A DNA stretch of 64,000 nt from Eledone cirrhosa (GCA_964016885.1 OZ024744.1:122512001-122576000), one strand, 5' to 3'; positions 40,401 through 56,570 are shown, counted from the first letter of the stretch. Made by a program: numbers and translations. The notes: generated by a model from the letters alone, not told the origin.

Positions 40401-43400
40401 AAGTCTTGTACTCTGTCACTTAACACCAATGACACTAAGACAGACTTTAACCTTGTGATGCACTGGTGTCCTGTCCAGGGGGAAGTTTTGTAATCTGTCA
40501 CTTAACACCAATGACACCAAGACAGACATTATCCATGTGATGCACTGGTGTCCTGTCCAGGGGGAAGTCTTGTACTCTCAGCCACTTAACACTAATGACA
40601 CTAAGACAGACTTTAAACTTGTGATGGACTGGTGTCCTGTCCAGTGGGAAGTATTGTACTCTCAGTCACTTAACACCAATGACACTAAGACAGACTTTAA
40701 CCATGTGATGGACTGGTGTCCTGTCCAGGGGGAAGTCTTGTACTCTGTCACTTAACACCAATGACACTAAGACAGACTTTAACCATGTGATGGACTGTTG
40801 TCCTGTCCAGGGGGAAGTCTTGTACTCTGTCATTTAACACCAATGACACTAAGTAAGACTTTAACCTTGTAATGGACTGGTGTCCTGTCCAGGGGGAAGT
40901 CTTGTACTCTCAGCCACTTAACACTAATGACACTAAGACAGACTTTAATCTTGTGATGGACTGGCGTCCTGTCCAGGAGGAAGTCTTGTACTCTGTCACT
41001 TAACACCAATGACACTAAGACAGACTTTAACCTTGAGATGCACTGGAGTCCTGTCCAGGAGAAGTCTTGTACTCTGTCACTTAACACCAATGACACTAAG
41101 ACAGACTTTAACCATGTGATGGACTGGTGTCCTGTCCAGGGGCAAGTCTTATACTCTCCGTCACTTAACACGAATGACACGAAGACAGACTTTATCCTTG
41201 TGATGCACTGGTGTCCTGTCGAGGGAGAAGTCTTGTACTCTGTCACTTAACACCAATGACACTAAGACAGACTTTAACCTTGTGATGCACTGGTGTCCTG
41301 TCCAGGGGGAAGTTTTGTAATCTGTCACTTAACACCAATGACACTAAGACAGACATTATCCATGTGATGCACTGGTGTCCTGTCCAGGGGGAAGTTTTGT
41401 AATCTGTCACTTAACACCAATGACACTAAGACAGACATTATCCATGTGATGCACTGGTGTCCTGTCCAGGGGGAAGTATTGTATTCTCAGCCACTTAACA
41501 CTAATGACACTAAGACAGACTCTAAACTTGTGATGGACTGGTGTCCTGTCCAGTGGGAAGTATTGTACTCTCAGTCACTTAACACCGATGACACTAAGAT
41601 AGACTTTAACCATGTAATGGACTGGTGTCCTTTCCAGGGACAAGTCTTGTACTCTGTCACTTAACACCATGACACTAAGACAGACTTTAGCCTTGTGATG
41701 CACTGGTGTCCTGTCCAGGGACAGGTCTTGTACTCTGTCACTTAACACCAATGACACTAAGACAGGCTCTAAAGATGTGATGGACTGGTGTCCTGTCCAG
41801 GGGGAAGTCTTGTACTCTGTCACTTAACCCCAATGACACTAAGACAGACTTTAACCATATGATGGACTGGTGTCCTGTCCAGGGGGAAGTCTTGTACTCT
41901 GTCACTTAACACCAATGACACTAAGACAGACTTTAACCATGTGATGGACTGGTGTCCTGTCCAGGGGGAAGTCTTGTACTATGTCACTTAACACCAATGA
42001 CACTAAGACAGACTTTAACCATGTGATGGACTGGTGTCCTGTCCAGGGGGAAGTCTTGTTCTCTGTCACTTAACCCCAATGACACTAAGACAGACTTTAA
42101 CCATGTGATGGACTGGTGTCCTGTCCAGGGGCAAGTCTTATACTCTCCGTCACTTAACACGAATGACACGAAGACAGACTTTATCCTTGTGATGCACTGG
42201 TGTCCTGTCGAGGGAGAAGTCTTGTACTCTGTCACTTAACACCAATGACACTAAGATAGACTGTCACCTTGTGATGGACTGGTGTCCTGTCCAGGGGGAA
42301 GTCTTGTACTCTGTCACTTAACACTAATGACACTAAGATAGACTTTAACCTTGTGATGGACTGGTGTCCTGTCCAGGGGCAAGTCTTGTACTCTTTCACT
42401 TAACACTAATGACATTAAGACAGACTTTAACATTGTGATGGACTGGTGTCCTGTCCCGGGGGAAGTATTGTACTCTCAGTCACTTAACACCAATGACAAT
42501 AAGACAGACGTTAACCATGTGATGGACTGGCGTCCTGTCCAGGAGGAATTCTTGTACTCTGTCACTTAACACCAATGACACTAAGACAGACTTTAACCTT
42601 GTGATGGACTGGTGTCCTGTCCAATGGGAAGTATTGTACTCTGTCACTTAACACCAATGACACTAAGACAGAGTTTAACCATGTGATGGACTGGTGTACT
42701 GTCCAGGGGGAAGTCTTGTACTGTATCACTTAACACCAATGACACTAAGACAGACTTTAACCTTGTGATGCACTGGTGTCCTGTCCAGGGGGAAGTTTTG
42801 TAATCTGTCACTTAACACCAATGACACTAAGACAGACATTATCCATGTGATGCACTGGTGTCCTGTCCAGGGGGAAGTCTTGTACTCTCAGCCACTTAAC
42901 ACTAATGACACTAAGACAGACTTTAAACTTGTGATGTACTGGTGTCCTGTCCAGTGGGAAGTATTGTACTCTCAGTCACTTAACACCGATGACACTAAGA
43001 TAGACTTTAACCATGTAATGGACTGGTGTCCTTTCCAGGGACAAGTCTTGTACTCTGTCACTTAACACCATGACACTAAGACAGACTTTAGCCTTGTGAT
43101 GCACTGGTGTCCTGTCCAGGGACAGGTCTTGTACTCTGTCACTTAACACCAATGACACTAAGACAGGCTCTAAAGATGTGATGGACTGGTGTCCTGTCCA
43201 GGGGGAAGTCTTGTACTCTGTCACTTAACCCCAATGACACTAAGACAGACTTTAACCATATGATGGACTGGTTTCCTGTCCAGGGGGAAGTCTTGTTCTC
43301 TGTCACTTAACCCCAATGACACTAAGACAGACTTTAACCATGTGATGGACTGTTGTCCTGTCCAGGGGGAAGTCTTGTACTCTGTCACTTAACACCAATG

Positions 43401-46400
43401 ACACTAAGTCAGACTTTAACCTTGTAATGGACTGGCGTCCTGTCCAGGGGGAAGTCTTGTACTCTCAGCCACTTAACACTAATGACACTAAGACAGACTT
43501 TAACCTTGTGATGGACTGGTGTCCTGTCCAGGGGGAAGTATTGTACTCTCAGTCACTTAACACCAATGACACTAAGACAGACTTTAACCATGTGATGGAC
43601 TGGTGTCCTGTCCAGGAGAAGTCTTGTACTCTCAGTCACTTAACACCAATGACACTAAGACAGACTATAACCATGTGATGGATTGGTGACATGTCCAGGG
43701 ACAAGTCTTGTACTCTGTCACTGAACACCAATGACACTAAGATAGACTGTAACCTTGTGATGGACTGGTGTCCTGTCCAGGGGGAAGTCTTGTACTCTGT
43801 CACTTAACACCAATGACACTAAGATGGACTGGTGTCCTGTCCAGGGGGAAGTCTTGTACTCTGTCACTTAACACTAATGACACTAAGATAGACTTTAACC
43901 TTGTGATGGACTGGTGTCCTGTCCAGGGGCAAGTCTTGTACTCTTTCACTTAACACTAATGACATTAAGACAGACTTTAACATTGTGATGGACTGGTGTC
44001 CTGTCCCGGGGGAAGTATTGTACTCTCAGTCACTTAACACCAATGACAATAAGACAGACGTTAACCATGTGATGGACTGGCGTCCTGTCCAGGAGGAAGT
44101 CTTGTACTCTGTCACTTAACACCAATGACACTAAGACAGACTTTAACCTTGAGATGCACTGGAGCCCTGTCCAGGAGAAGTCTTGTACTCTGTCACTTAA
44201 CACCAATGACACTAAGACAGACTTTAACCATGTGATGGACTGGTGTCCTGTCCAGGGGCAAGTCTTGTACTCACCGTCACTTAACACGAATGACACGAAG
44301 ACAGACTTTATCCATGTGATGCACTGGTGTCCTGTCGAGGGAGAAGTCTTGTACTCTGTCACTTAACACCAATGACACTAAGACAGACTTTAACCTTGTG
44401 ATGCACTGGTGTCCTGTCCAGGGGGAAGTTTTGTAATCTGTCACTTAACACCAATGACACTAAGACAGACATTATCCATGTGATGCACTGGTGTCCTGTC
44501 CAGGGGGAAGTCTTGTACTCTCAGCCACTTAACACTAATGACACTAAGACAGACTTTAAACTTGTGATGGACTGGTGTCCTGTCCAGTGGGAAGTATTGT
44601 ACTCTCAGTCACTTAACACCAATGACACTAAGATAGACTTTAACCATGTAATGGACTGGTGTCCTTTCCAGGGACAAGTCTTGTACTCTGTCACTTAACA
44701 CCATGACACTAAGACAGACTTTAGCCTTGTGATGCACTGGTGTCCTGTCCAGGGACAGGTCTTGTACTCTGTCACTTAACACCAATGACACTAAGACAGG
44801 CTCTAAAGATGTGATGGACTGGTGTCCTGTCCAGGGGGAAGTCTTGTACTCTGTCACTTAACCCCAATGACACTAAGACAGACTTTAACCATGTGATGGA
44901 CTGGTGTCCTGTCCAGGGGGAAGTCTTGTACTCTGTCACTTAACACCAATGACACTAAGACAGACTTTAACCATGTGATGGACTGGTGTCCTGTCCAGGG
45001 GGAAGTCTTGTACTCTGTCATTTAACACCAATGACACTAAGTAAGACTTTAACCTTGTAATGGACTGGTGTCCTGTCCAGGGGGAAGTCTTGTACTCTCA
45101 GCCACGTAACACTAATGACACTAAGACAGACTTTAACCTTGTGATGGACTGGTGTCCTGTCCAGGGGGAAGTATTGTACTCTCAGTCACTTAACACCAAT
45201 GACACTAAGACAGACTTTAACCATGTGATGGACTGGTGTCCTGTCCAGGGGGAAGTTTTGTACTCTGTCACATAACACTAATGACACTAAGACAGACTTT
45301 AACCTTGTGATGGACTGGTGTCCTGTCCAGGGGGAAGTATTGTACTCTGTCACTTAACACCAATGACACTAAGGCAGACTTTAACCATGTGATGGACTGG
45401 TGTCCTGTCCAGGGGGAAGTTTTGTACTCTGTCACATAACACTAATGACACTAAGACAGACTTTAACCTTGTGATGGACTGGTGTCCTGTCCAGGGGGAA
45501 GTATTGTACTCTGTCACTTAACACCAATGACACTAAGACAGACTTTAACCATGTGATGGACTGGTGTCCTGTCCAGGGACAAGTCTTGTACTCTGTCACT
45601 TAACACCAATGACACTAAGACAAACTCTAAACATGCAATGGACTGGTGTCTTGTCCAGGGGGAAGTCTTGTACTCTGTCACTTAACACCAATGACACTAA
45701 GACAGACTTTAACCTTATGATGCACTGGTGTCCTGTCAAGGAGGAAGTCTTGTACTCTGTCACTTAAGACCAATGACACTAAGACAGACTTTAACCTTGA
45801 GATGCACTGGAGTCCTGTCCAGGAGAAGTCTTGTACTCTGTCACTTAACACCAATGCCACTAAGACAGACTTTAACCATGTGATGGACTGGTGTCCTGTC
45901 AAGGGCCAAGTCTTGTACTCTGTCACTTAACACGAATGACACGAAGACAGACTTTATTCATGTGATGCACTGGTGTCCTGTCGAGGGAGAAGTCTTGTAC
46001 TCTGTCACTTAACACCAATGACACTAAGACAGACTTTAACCTTGTGATGCACTGGTGTCCTGTCCAGGGGGAAGTTTTGTAATCTGTCACTTAACACCAA
46101 TGACACTAATACAGACATTATCCATGTGATGCACTGGTGTCCTGTCCAGGGGGAAGTATTGTATTCTCAGCCACTTAACACTAATGACACTAAGACAGAC
46201 TCTAAACTTGTGATGGACTGGTGTCCTGTCCAGTGGGAAGTATTGTACTCTCAGTCACTTAACACCGATGACACTAAGATAGACTTTAACCATGTAATGA
46301 ACTGGTGTCCTTTCCAGGGACAAGTCTTGTACTCTGTCACTTAACACCATGACACTAAGACAGACTTTAGCCTTGTGATGCACTGGTGTCCTGTCCAGGG

Positions 46401-49400
46401 ACAGGTCTTGTACTCTGTCACTTAACACCAATGACACTAAGACAGGCTCTAAAGATGTGATGGACTGGTGTCCTGTCCAGGGGGAAGTCTTGTACTCTGT
46501 CACTTAACCCCAATGACACTAAGACAGACTTTAACCATATGATGGACTGGTGTCCTGTCCAGGGGGAAGTCTTGTACTCTGTCACTTAACACCAATGACA
46601 CTAAGACAGACTTTAACCATGTGATGGACTGGTGTCCTGTCCAGGGGGAAGTCTTGTTCTCTGTCACTTAACCCCAATGACACTAAGACAGACTTTAACC
46701 ATGTGATGGACTGTTGTCCTGTCCAGGGGGAAGTCTTGTACTCTGTCACTTAACACCAATGACACTAAGTCAGACTTCAACCTTGTAATGGACTGGTGTC
46801 CTGTCCAGGGGGAAGTCTTGTACTCTCAGCCACTTAACACTAATGACACTAAGACAGACTTTAACCTTGTGATGGACTGGTGTCCTGTCCAGGGGGAAGT
46901 ATTGTACTCTCAGTCACTTAACACCAATGACACTAAGACAGACTATAACCATGTGATGGATTGGTGACCTGTCCAGGGACAAGTCTTGTACTCTGTCACT
47001 GAACACCAATGACACTAAGACAGACTTTAACCTTTTGATGGACTGGTGTTCTGTCCAGGAGAAGTCTTGTACTCTCAGTCACTTAACACCAATGACACTA
47101 AGACAGGCTCTAAAGATGTGATGGACTGGTGTCCTGTCCAGGGGGAAGTCTTGTACTCTGTCACTTAACACTAATGACACTAAGACAGACTTTAACCTTG
47201 TGATGGACTGGTGTCCTGTCCCGGGGGAAGTATTGTACTCTCAGTCACTTAACCCCAATGATACTAAGACAGACTTTAACCTTGTGATAGACTGGTGTCC
47301 TGTCCAGGGGGAAGTCTTGTACTCTGTCACTTAACACTAATGACACTAAGATAGACTTTAACCTTGTGATGGACTGGTGTCCTGTCCAGGGGCAAGTCTT
47401 GTACTCTTTCACTTAACACTAATGACATTAAGACAGACTTTAACATTGTGATGGACTGGTGTCCTGTCCCGGGGGAAGTATTGTACTCTCAGTCACTTAA
47501 CACCAATGACAATAAGACAGACGTTAACCATGTGATGGACTGGCGTCCTGTCCAGGAGGAAGTCTTGTACTCTGTCACTTAATACCAATGACACTAAGAC
47601 AGACTTTAACCTTGTGATGGACTGGTGTCCTGTCCAATGGGAAGTATTGTACTCTGTCACTTAACACTAATGACATTAAGACAGACTTTAACATTGTGAT
47701 GGACTGGTGTCTTGCCCCAGGGGAAGTATTGTACTCTCAGTCACTTAACACCAATGACACTAAGACAGACTTTATCCATGTGATGGACTGGTGTCCTATC
47801 CAGGAGAAGTCTTGTACTCTCCGTCACTTAACACCAATGACACTAAGACAGAGTTTAACCATGTGATGGACTGGTGTCCTGTCCAGGGGGAAGTCTTGTA
47901 CTGTATCACTTAACACCAATGACACTAAGACAGAGTTTAACCATGTGATGGACTAGTGTCCTGTCCAGGGGGAAGTCTTGTACTGTATCACTTAACACCA
48001 ATGACACTAAGACAGACTTTAACTTTGTGATGGATTGGTGTCCTGTCCAGGGACAAGTCTTGTACTCTGTCACTTAACCCCAATGTAACTAAGACAGACT
48101 TTAACCATGTGATGGACTGGCGTCCTGTCAAGGAGGAAGTCTTGTACTCTGTCACTTAACACCAATGACACTAAGACAGACTTTAAGCTTGTGATGCACT
48201 GGTGTCCTGTCCAGGGGGAAGTATTGTACTCTCAGTCACTTAACACCAATGACACTAAGACAGACTTTACCCATGTGATTGACTGGTGTCCTGTCCAGGG
48301 GGAAGTCTTGTACTCTGTCACTTAACACCAATGACACTAAGACAGACTTTAACCATGTGATGGACTGGTGTCCTGTCCAGCGGGAAGTCTTGTACTCTCA
48401 GTCACTTAACACCAATGATACTAAGACAGACTTTAAACATGTGATGGATTGGTGTCCTGTCCAGGGGGAAGTCTTGTACTCTGTCACGTAACACCAATGA
48501 CACTAAGACAGACTTTAACAATGTGATGGACTGGTGTCCTGTCCAGGGACAAGTCTTGTACTCTGTCACTTAACACCAATGACACTAAGACAAACTCTAA
48601 ACATGCAATGGACTGGTGTCTTGGCCAGGGGAAAGTCTTGTACTCTGTCACTTAACACCAATGACACTAAGACAGACTTTATCCATGTGATGCAATGGTG
48701 TCCTGTCCAGGAGAAGTCTTGTACTCTGTCACTTAACACCAATGACACTAAGACAGACTTTAACCATGTGATGGACTGGTGTCCTGTCCAGGGGCAAGTC
48801 TTGTACTCTCCGTCACTTAACACGAATGACACGAAGACAGACTTTATCCATGTGATGCACTGGTGTCCTGTCCAGGGAGAAGTCTTGTACTCTGTCACTT
48901 AACACCAATGACACTAAGACAGACTTTAACCTTGTGATGCACTGGTGTCCTGTCCAGGGGGAAGTTTTGTAATCTGTCACTTAACACCAATGACACCAAG
49001 ACAGACATTATCCATGTGATGCACTGGTGTCCTGTCCAGGGGGAAGTCTTGTACTCTCAGCCACTTAACACTAATGACACTAAGACAGACTTTAAACTTG
49101 TGATGGACTGGTGTCCTGTCCAGTGGGAAGTATTGTACTCTCAGTCACTTAACACCAATGACACTAAGACAGACTTTAACCATGTGATGGACTGGTGTCC
49201 TGTCCAGGGGGAAGTCTTGTACTCTGTCACTTAACACCAATGACACTAAGACAGACTTTAACCATGTGATGGACTGTTGTCCTGTCCAGGGGGAAGTCTT
49301 GTACTCTGTCATTTAACACCAATGACACTAAGTAAGACTTTAACCTTGTAATGGACTGGTGTCCTGTGCAGGGGGAAGTCTTGTACTCTCAGCCACTTAA

Positions 49401-49870
49401 CACTAATGACACTAAGACAGACTTTAATCTTGTGATGGACTGGCGTCCTGTCCAGGAGGAAGTCTTGTACTCTGTCACTTAACACCAATGACACTAAGAC
49501 AGACTTTAACCTTGAGATGCACTGGAGTCCTGTCCAGGAGAAGTCTTGTACTCTGTCACTTAACACCAATGACACTAAGACAGACTTTAACCATGTGATG
49601 GACTGGTGTCCTGTCCAGGGGCAAGTCTTATACTCTCCGTCACTTAACACGAATGACACGAAGACAGACTTTATCCTTGTGATGCACTGGTGTCCTGTCG
49701 AGGGAGAAGTCTTGTACTCTGTCACTTAACACCAATGACACTAAGACAGACTTTAACCTTGTGATGCACTGGTGTCCTGTCCAGGGGGAAGTTTTGTAAT
49801 CTGTCACTTAACACCAATGACACTAAGACAGACATTATCCATGTGATGCACTGGTGTCCTGTCCAGGGGG
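33760..49870 (+). repeat. About 7.6-kb duplication at offset 8479/8561 bp
   Basis: Pairs 34368/42847, 39800/48279 and 40830/49309 (offset 8479), and 35207/43768 and 37694/46255 (8561, one monomer more). GAATTC at 34067/42546 and AAGCTT at 39706/48185. Confidence 0.93.
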
Positions 49871-52239
49871 AAGTCTTGTACTCTCAGCCACTTAACACTA
49901 ATGACACTAAGACAGACTTTAAACTTGTGATGGACTGGTGTCCTGTCCAGTGGGAAGTATTGTACTCTCAGTCACTTAACACCAATGACACTAAGATAGA
50001 CTTTAACCATGTAATGGACTGGTGTCCTTTCCAGGGACAAGTCTTGTACTCTGTCACTTAACACCATGACACTAAGACAGACTTTAGCCTTGTGATGCAC
50101 TGGTGTCCTGTCCAGGGACAGGTCTTGTACTCTGTCACTTAACACCAATGACACTAAGACAGGCTCTAAAGATGTGATGGACTGGTGTCCTGTCCAGGGG
50201 GAAGTCTTGTACTCTGTCACTTAACCCCAATGACACTAAGACAGACTTTAACCATGTGATGGACTGGTGTCCTGTCCAGGGGGAAGTCTTGTACTCTGTC
50301 ACTTAACACCAATGACACTAATACAGACTTTAACCATGTGATGGACTGGTGTCCTGTCCAGGGGGAAGTCTTGTACTCTGTCATTTAACACCAATGACAC
50401 TAAGTAAGACTTTAACCTTGTAATGGACTGGTGTCCTGTCCAGGGGGAAGTCTTGTACTCTCAGCCACGTAACACTAATGACACTAAGACAGACTTTAAC
50501 CTTGTGATGGACTGGTGTCCTGTCCAGGGGGAAGTATTGTACTCTCAGTCACTTAACACCAATGACACTAAGACAGACTTTAACCATGTGATGGACTGGT
50601 GTCCTGTCCAGGGGGAAGTTTTGTACTCTGTCACATAACACTAATGACACTAAGACAGACTTTAACCTTGTGATGGACTGGTGTCCTGTCCAGGGGGAAG
50701 TATTGTACTCTGTCACTTAACACCAATGACACTAAGACAGACTTTAACCATGTGATGGACTGGTGTCCTGTCCAGGGGGAAGTTTTGTACTCTGTCACAT
50801 AACACTAATGACACTAAGACAGACTTTAACCTTGTGATGGACTGGTGTCCTGTCCAGGGGGAAGTATTGTACTCTGTCACTTAACACCAATGACACTAAG
50901 ACAGACTTTAACCATGTGATGGACTGGTGTCCTGTCCAGGGACAAGTCTTGTACTCTGTCACTTAACACCAATGACACTAAGACAAACTCTAAACATGCA
51001 ATGGACTGGTGTCTTGTCCAGGGGGAAGTCTTGTACTCTGTTACTTAACACCAATGACACTAAGACAGACTTTAACCTTATGATGCACTGGTGTCCTGTC
51101 AAGGAGGAAGTCTTGTACTCTGTCACTTAAGACCAATGACACTAAGACAGACTTTAACCTTGAGATGCACTGGAGTCCTGTCCAGGAGAAGTCTTGTACT
51201 CTGTCACTTAACACCAATGCCACTAAGACAGACTTTAACCATGTGATGGACTGGTGTCCTGTCAAGGGCCAAGTCTTGTACTCTGTCACTTAACACGAAT
51301 GACACGAAGACAGACTTTATCCATGTGATGCACTGGTGTCCTGTCGAGGGAGAAGTCTTGTACTCTGTCACTTAACACCAATGCCACTAAGACAGACTTT
51401 AACCATGTGATGGACTGGTGTCCTGTCAAGGGCCAAGTCTTGTACTCTGTCACTTAACACGAATGACACGAAGACAGACATTATCCATGTGATGCACTGG
51501 TGTCCTGTCCAGGGGGAAGTCTTGTACTCTCAGCCACTTAACACCAATGACACTAAGATAGACTTTAACCATGTAATGGAATGGTGTCCTTTCCAGGGAC
51601 AAGTCTTGTACTCTGTCACTTAACACCATGACACTAAGACAGACTTTAGCCTTGTGATGCACTGGTGTCCTGTCCAGGGACAGGTCTTGTACTCTGTCAC
51701 TTAACACCAATGACACTAAGACAGGCTCTAAAGATGTGATGGACTGGTGTCCTGTCCAGGGGGAAGTCTTGTACTCTGTCACTTAACCCCAATGACACTA
51801 AGACAGACTTTAACCATGTGATGGACTGGTGTCCTGTCCAGGGGGAAGTCTTGTACTCTGTCACTTAACCCCAATGACACTAAGACAGACTTTAACCATG
51901 TGATGGACTGGTGTCCTGTCCAGGGGAAGTCTTGTACTCTGTCACTTAACACCAATGACACTAAGACAGACTTTAACCATGTGATGGACTGGTGTCCTGT
52001 CCAGGGGGAAGTCTTGTACTCTGTCATTTAACACCAATGACACTAAGTAAGACTTTAACCTTGTAATGGACTGGTGTCCTGTCCAGGGGGAAGTCTTGTA
52101 CTCTCAGCCACGTAACACTAATGACACTAAGACAGACTTTAACCTTGTGATGGACTGGTGTCCTGTCCAGGGGGAAGTATTGTACTCTCAGTCACTTAAC
52201 ACCAATGACACTAAGACAGACTTTAACCATGTGATGGAC

Positions 52240-55200
52240 TGGTGTCCTGTCCAGGGGGAAGTTTTGTACTCTGTCACATAACACTAATGACACTAAGACA
52301 GACTTTAACCTTGTGATGGACTGGTGTCCTGTCCAGGGGGAAGTATTGTACTCTGTCACTTAACACCAATGACACTAAGACAGACTTTAACCATGTGATG
52401 GACTGGTGTCCTGTCCAGGGGGAAGTTTTGTACTCTGTCACATAACACTAATGACACTAAGACAGACTTTAACCTTGTGATGGACTGGTGTCCTGTCCAG
52501 GGGGAAGTATTGTACTCTGTCACTTAACACCAATGACACTAAGACAGACTTTAACCATGTGATGGACTGGTGTCCTGTCCAGGGACAAGTCTTGTACTCT
52601 GTCACTTAACACCAATGACACTAAGACAAACTCTAAACATGCAATGGACTGGTGTCTTGTCCAGGGGGAAGTCTTGTACTCTGTCACTTAACACCAATGA
52701 CACTAAGACAGACTTTAACCTTATGATGCACTGGTGTCCTGTCAAGGAGGAAGTCTTGTACTCTGTCACTTAAGACCAATGACACTAAGACAGACTTTAA
52801 CCTTGAGATGCACTGGAGTCCTGTCCAGGAGAAGTCTTGTACTCTGTCACTTAACACCAATGCCACTAAGACAGACTTTAACCATGTGATGGACTGGTGT
52901 CCTGTCAAGGGCCAAGTCTTGTACTCTGTCACTTAACACGAATGACACGAAGACAGACTTTATCCATGTGATGCACTGGTGTCCTGTCGAGGGAGAAGTC
53001 TTGTACTCTGTCACTTAACACCAATGACACTAAGACAGACTTTAACCTTGTGATGCACTGGTGTCCTGTCCAGGGGGAAGTTTTGTAATCTGTCACTTAA
53101 CACCAATGACACTAAGACAGACATTATCCATGTGATGCACTGGTGTCCTGTCCAGGGGGAAGTATTGTATTCTCAGCCACTTAACACTAATGACACTAAG
53201 ACAGACTTTAAACTTGTGATGGACTGGTGTCCTGTCCAGTGGGAAGTATTGTACTCTCAGTCACTTAACACCGATGACACTAAGATAGACTTTAACCATG
53301 TAATGGACTGGTGTCCTTTCCAGGGACAGGTCTTGTACTCTGTCACTTAACACCATGACACTAAGACAGACTTTAGCCTTGTGATGCACTGGTGTCCTGT
53401 CCAGGGACAGGTCTTGTACTCTGTCACTTAACACCAATGACACTAAGACAGGCTCTAAAGATGTGATGGACTGGTGTCCTGTCCAGGGGGAAGTCTTGTA
53501 CTCTGTCACTTAACCCCAATGACACTAAGACAGACTTTAACCATATGATGGACTGGTGTCCTGTCCAGGGGGAAGTCTTGTACTCTGTCACTTAACACCA
53601 ATGACACTAAGACAGACTTTAACCATGTGATGGACTGGTGTCCTGTCCAGGGGGAAGTCTTGTACTATGTCACTTAACACCAATGACACTAAGACAGACT
53701 TTAACCATGTGATGGACTGGTGTCCTGTCCAGGGGGAAGTCTTGTTCTCTGTCACTTAACCCCAATGACACTAAGACAGACTTTAACCATGTGATGGACT
53801 GTTGTCCTGTCCAGGGGGAAGTCTTGTACTCTGTCACTTAACACCAATGACACTAAGTCAGACTTTAACCTTGTAATGGACTGGTGTCCTGTCCAGGGGG
53901 AAGTCTTGTACTCTCAGCCACTTAACAGTAATGACACTAAGACAGACTTTAACCTTGTGATGGACTGGTGTCCTGTCCAGGGGGAAGTATTGTACTCTCA
54001 GTCACTTAACACCAATGACACTAAGACAGACTTTAACCATGTGATGGACTGGTGTCCTGTCCAGGAGAAGTCTTGTACTCTCAGTCACTTAACACCAATG
54101 ACACTAAGACAGACTATAACCATGTGATGGATTGGTGACCTGTCCAGGGACAAGTCTTGTACTCTGTCACTGAACACCAATGACACTAAGACAGACTTTA
54201 ACCTTTTGATGGACTGGTGTTCTGTCCAGGAGAAGTCTTGTACTCTCAGTCACTTAACACCAATGACACTAAGACAGGCTCTAAAGATGTGATGGACTGG
54301 TGTCCTGTCCAGGGGGAAGTCTTGTACTCTGTCACTTAACACTAATGACACTAAGACAGACTTTAACCTTGTGATGGACTGGTGTCCTGTCCCGGGGGAA
54401 GTATTGTACTCTCAGTCACTTAACCCCAATGATACTAAGACAGACTTTAACCTTGTGATAGACTGGTGTCCTGTCCAGGGGGAAGTTTTGTACTCTGTCA
54501 CATAACACTAATGACACTAAGACAGACTTTAACCTTGTGATGGACTGGTGTCCTGTCCAGGGGGAAGTATTGTACTCTGTCACTTAACACCAATGACACT
54601 AAGACAGACTTTAACCATGTGATGGACTGGTGTCCTGTCCAGGGGGAAGTTTTGTACTCTGTCACATAACACTAATGACACTAAGACAGACTTTAACCTT
54701 GTGATGGACTGGTGTCCTGTCCAGGGGGAAGTATTGTACTCTGTCACTTAACACCAATGACACTAAGACAGACTTTAACCATGTGATGGACTGGTGTCCT
54801 GTCCAGGGACAAGTCTTGTACTCTGTCACTTAACACCAATGACACTAAGACAAACTCTAAACATGCAATGGACTGGTGTCTTGTCCAGGGGGAAGTCTTG
54901 TACTCTGTCACTTAACACCAATGACACTAAGACAGACTTTAACCTTATGATGCACTGGTGTCCTGTCAAGGAGGAAGTCTTGTACTCTGTCACTTAAGAC
55001 CAATGACACTAAGACAGACTTTAACCTTGAGATGCACTGGAGTCCTGTCCAGGAGAAGTCTTGTACTCTGTCACTTAACACCAATGCCACTAAGACAGAC
55101 TTTAACCATGTGATGGACTGGTGTCCTGTCAAGGGCCAAGTCTTGTACTCTGTCACTTAACACGAATGACACGAAGACAGACTTTATCCATGTGATGCAC

Positions 55201-56570
55201 TGGTGTCCTGTCGAGGGAGAAGTCTTGTACTCTGTCACTTAACACCAATGACACTAAGACAGACTTTAACCTTGTGATGCACTGGTGTCCTGTCCAGGGG
55301 GAAGTTTTGTAATCTGTCACTTAACACCAATGACACTAAGACAGACATTATCCATGTGATGCACTGGTGTCCTGTCCAGGGAAAAGTATTGTATTCTCAG
55401 CCACTTAACACTAATGACACTAAGACAGACTTTAAACTTGTGATGGACTGGTGTCCTGTCCAGTGGGAAGTATTGTACTCTCAGTCACTTAACACCGATG
55501 ACACTAAGATAGACTTTAACCATGTAATGGACTGGTGTCCTTTCCAGGGACAAGTCTTGTACTCTGTCACTTAACACCATGACACTAAGACAGACTTTAG
55601 CCTTGTGATGCACTGGTGTCCTGTCCAGGGACAGGTCTTGTACTCTGTCACTTAACACCAATGACACTAAGACAGGCTCTAAAGATGTGATGGACTGGTG
55701 TCCTGTCCAGGGGGAAGTCTTGTACTCTGTCACTTAACCCCAATGACACTAAGACAGACTTTAACCATATGATGGACTGGTGTCCTGTCCAGGGGGAAGT
55801 CTTGTACTCTGTCACTTAACACCAATGACACTAAGACAGACTTTAACCATGTGATGGACTGGTGTCCTGTCCAGGGGGAAGTCTTGTACTATGTCACTTA
55901 ACACCAATGACACTAAGACAGACTTTAACCATGTGATGGACTGGTGTCCTGTCCAGGGGGAAGTCTTGTTCTCTGTCACTTAACCCCAATGACACTAAGA
56001 CAGACTTTAACCATGTGATGGACTGTTGTCCTGTCCAGGGGGAAGTCTTGTACTCTGTCACTTAACACCAATGACACTAAGTCAGACTTTAACCTTGTAA
56101 TGGACTGGTGTCCTGTCCAGGGGGAAGTCTTGTACTCTCAGCCACTTAACAGTAATGACACTAAGACAGACTTTAACCTTGTGATGGACTGGTGTCCTGT
56201 CCAGGGGGAAGTATTGTACTCTCAGTCACTTAACACCAATGACACTAAGACAGACTTTAACCATGTGATGGACTGGTGTCCTGTCCAGGAGAAGTCTTGT
56301 ACTCTCAGTCACTTAACACCAATGACACTAAGACAGACTATAACCATGTGATGGATTGGTGACCTGTCCAGGGACAAGTCTTGTACTCTGTCACTGAACA
56401 CCAATGACACTAAGACAGACTTTAACCTTTTGATGGACTGGTGTTCTGTCCAGGAGAAGTCTTGTACTCTCAGTCACTTAACACCAATGACACTAAGACA
56501 GGCTCTAAAGATGTGATGGACTGGTGTCCTGTCCAGGGGGAAGTCTTGTACTCTGTCACTTAACACTAAT
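52240..56570 (+). repeat. Duplication at offset 2224 bp (about 27 monomers)
   Basis: Pairs 52570/54794, 53132/55356 and 53876/56100. Confidence 0.9.
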
